Shown here piece by piece: positions 61,401-64,000 of a stretch of 64,000 bases of DNA. Within the stretch, counting starts at the first letter, position 1. Every line of letters begins with the position of its first letter. This stretch comes from Asterias rubens (lineage: Eukaryota), in NCBI RefSeq assembly GCF_902459465.1, contig NC_047066.1, positions 9,176,001 through 9,240,000 of the forward strand, written 5' to 3'. A program made the position numbers and the translations under genes. Below the pieces are notes generated by a model, which did not search any database, was not told the origin of the DNA, and saw only the letters and a program-made list of their open reading frames with translations.

Positions 61401-62877
61401 CTTCACTAGTAGGGCACGCTCTAGGCTTAAAAGTAATTTCTGGGGCAGCGCCCGCAATCCATTGCACCGTCAAAACATTCCACTGGACCGTATCATTGTG
61501 CCAAACAACTGGAGCAATCCTACACAAACAAAATTTGTGCATAAGTATTTTGAACAATCCAATGGAACATACAACGGTCCATTGAAACGGTACATTAGAA
61601 CACGCTTGAAACTTTTCCGATCATCATTGTGTCAAAGTACTGGAGCAATCCTACACAAGTGAATACATGCATTAGTATTTTGAACATTCCAATGCAACTA
61701 TCCAGTAGTCCAGTGGATGAGCACATGCTGAAAAACATATCCAATCCCATCAGAACAGTCCTACCATTTTGACTTTTGACTCGCTCCTTTATTTTCATTC
61801 CTCCAGAAGCAAATTTTAGGCACAGCCTCGCTGAACGCAGAAGGAATGGTCAGTCCAACCACTACGATGACAAACTTCTATAATGGCTCTCTGCCTCTGA
61901 TGGTATCTCTCATGAAGCATAAATCCCTTAACTGGATCACCAGTAACCCCAACATATGGAAAAGTGTCTTCTACAAGGAGACGCCTCTGAGTAAACTGCA
62001 CAGTGACTACAAAGGTAAATCAATAGTTCAGCTCATGTAAAAAGATTTTCATCATTTGGGGATGGGAATTGAAATTCAAAATCCAAGCTGCTCAAAAAGA
62101 GATCGCCCAAATCAGGGGGATTATGTAGGATTAGTAATCCCAAGGAGTTCCCCAAACAGAGTAGTTGTTGTTGAATATAAATATATTTTCAAATTACAAA
62201 GTGAACAACCTGAGGTGATCCACATCAGGGTTGTAATGAAAGAATATTCAACTCAAATTCCATGATTCGATTTGAAAAACCCTTCGCTTTATTTGATGTA
62301 TGCAGATTTAATCAGAAGTGATCCATCACAAACGGTTTTAAAAAGAACGAAGATGTCTCCAAACGTGCCAAATACCCAAGCTGCAATCACAACAACAACA
62401 AGTTCTAACATTCTACAACCACAAGCTGTCACCAAAAGCTTTGCCGTCACCACAAGCTTTGCCAACATGTCAGCTCCATCCATCCCAAAACAGCTGAAGC
62501 CTGCGGAAAGCCCGGACCCTGTGTCCTCAAGTGGTAATCAACCAGCCTCCTCATCTGGTCTCAGACTGACATCATTGCATCTTGACCCAACCCCAAGATG
62601 TCAAAACCCAGCAATACATCCACCATTTGGTCGTGAGACAGTCTCGAGACCTCATGACAAAAACCCAAACAGTCTCGGTCCTATCTCAAGAGGTGACAAC
62701 TTGGTCACCTCAAGAAGTCATGATCTTGTGTCATCCTTGAAGAGGGTTCTCTTAATCTCTGATGATGAGCTGATGCCTTCATCTTGGGGAACGTCTCCAA
62801 ACTTCTGGATATCAGGAAACGGCAATGACGCAATCATCAATCCAGAATGGATCAGAGATATAGACGTTTGGTCGTAA
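55497..62877 (+). CDS. Large Ser/Pro/Gln-rich protein with coiled coil, RAMA domain and ANKRD31-like C-terminal motif (ankyrin-less ANKRD31-like protein)
   Basis: Probable exons 55497-~55582 (weak donor CA|GTTGAG; start could instead be ATG 56001), 55994/56000-56112, 56411-56498, 56972-57087, 57483-58727, 59233-61160, 61807-62014, 62306-62877, phase-consistent from exon 2 onward. MMELLRAKLIHPGVNVLTIKGK|KQILGTASLNAEG...WKSVFYKETPLSKL fits the RAMA pattern of MPND/ANKRD31. Family call is from remembered motifs, not a search. Confidence 0.75.
58250..58522 (+). repeat. Degenerate coding repeat, ~12-aa PKPSSPVPKSSQ units
   Basis: About seven units of P(K/N)PS(S/D/N)PxPKxxQ, ~36-nt period. Confidence 0.8.
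60234..60537 (+). repeat. Coding minisatellite, 4 x 75 bp (25 aa)
   Basis: CCCAGATCTGTGGACAAC at 60243, 60318, 60393, 60468; encodes SNPRSVDNSLISNSTAGGSLQAVSK. Confidence 0.95.
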
Positions 62878-64000
62878 AGTTGCAAAAGAGAGTCGCCAAA
62901 TCAAAAACCTTCTTAATTGCTACTCAAACTAGAAGAAATCTCCTTTTGGCAAGTTTTGTTGCTTTAGTTCAAAATTGTATATAAAAGAATTAGAATCAGG
63001 CAAAAATATACGTTCATAAATTAAAAAAATGGAAACCGATACTGTTGTTTCTCTTGACTGTTTAATTTTTTATCTTGTTAGAGATGTTTCATGACAGTAT
63101 AATACATACATTCTACTCAGAAAATACACTGATACCGTATAAACCAAGCTTTTGAACAGATGTTTGTTTGTTATTTTCTTCTTCATACGTTTCAGGCATG
63201 GAATTTCATGGAGACTAAATTATAGTAGGTCATGGCATTTTGAGATATGATGGACCCTGTAAAAGGACACTGTTTGGGTAGGCTACATTTGTTTGTAGAC
63301 ATTCAAACCAAACAGTGCACTCCAAACATGTCCACCGCCATTATCTAAAGAAGGTTGTTGCCATGGTCTTGGCCTTGGTGCCCATTAGGTTTTTAAGATT
63401 ATACAATCCGAAGTGCTCTTTACAAAACAAAAATGGCCTTGACCTCTCTCAAAAATAAATTTCCAGGCCTGATGTTTTCAAAATTTTACATTTATAGTGT
63501 TGTGATTTTGCGCTTTTTCTGAACAGTTTTTGAACAAAGTTTTGTATAAAAGTTTAAATGTGTTAAAATCTGTACAAAACTAGAAGTTTTAGCACAACAA
63601 TCGTCAGGCAGTGAGAGTGATTTCTTTACATGTAAATAACAACGAATCTGTAATTTGTAAAAACAATACTTGTGCTGATTAATACAAGACAACAGAACAG
63701 TTGAAGTAGAAAATCTGCAAATAAATAACCTTGAACTAATGCTTGTTTAATATTGTTTAATATTTACATAATGTCTTGTTCCTTAATTAAAACAATTTCA
63801 ACATTGAATGTTGCACACAAAGATTATTTCTTCGTAGCACTGTGTACTGTCTTGACTGTAGTAAAGTAATAAATAAGAAATGTGTAAAAATGTTATCGAA
63901 ACTAATTTTTTCATCATAATTCTTTATCATGGGACCATTTAAAATGGTATAAATTACATGGCATTTTGACTGGTAAATCCTTGCTGCTTAACACCAATTT

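Noticed and set aside
59265-62014. Calling the RAMA gene MPND
   Set aside because: No JAMM/MPN domain follows the RAMA domain, which is near the C-terminus after a coiled coil as in ANKRD31.

Overview
AT-rich, intron-rich eukaryotic (metazoan) genomic DNA; from the gene set and repeat landscape probably an invertebrate deuterostome such as a sea star (inference). I built eight multi-exon protein-coding genes by hand from splice sites and reading phase. They form four head-to-head pairs: (1) CCDC42/CFAP73 homolog (-, last exon outside the window) with NIPSNAP (+, one GC-AG intron); (2) an ~1137-aa C2H2 zinc-finger/AT-hook protein (-) with an unrecognised 312-aa coiled-coil protein (+); (3) an XNDC1-like XRCC1-NTD protein with two UBZ4 fingers and an RGG box (-) with CENP-S/MHF1 (+); (4) CD2BP2/U5-52K (-) with a large low-complexity protein carrying a coiled coil, a RAMA domain and a C-terminal motif like that of ANKRD31, but no ankyrin repeats (+). 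Introns and intergenic DNA are dense in non-autonomous DNA transposons (at least nine copies of one ~390-bp TTAA-flanked MITE plus several other TIR families), tRNA-derived SINEs, L2-like LINE 3' ends and minisatellites. I found no rRNA, bona fide tRNA or CRISPR array. The strongest candidates for something undescribed are the ankyrin-less ANKRD31-like gene and the XNDC1 architecture sharing a promoter with CENP-S.
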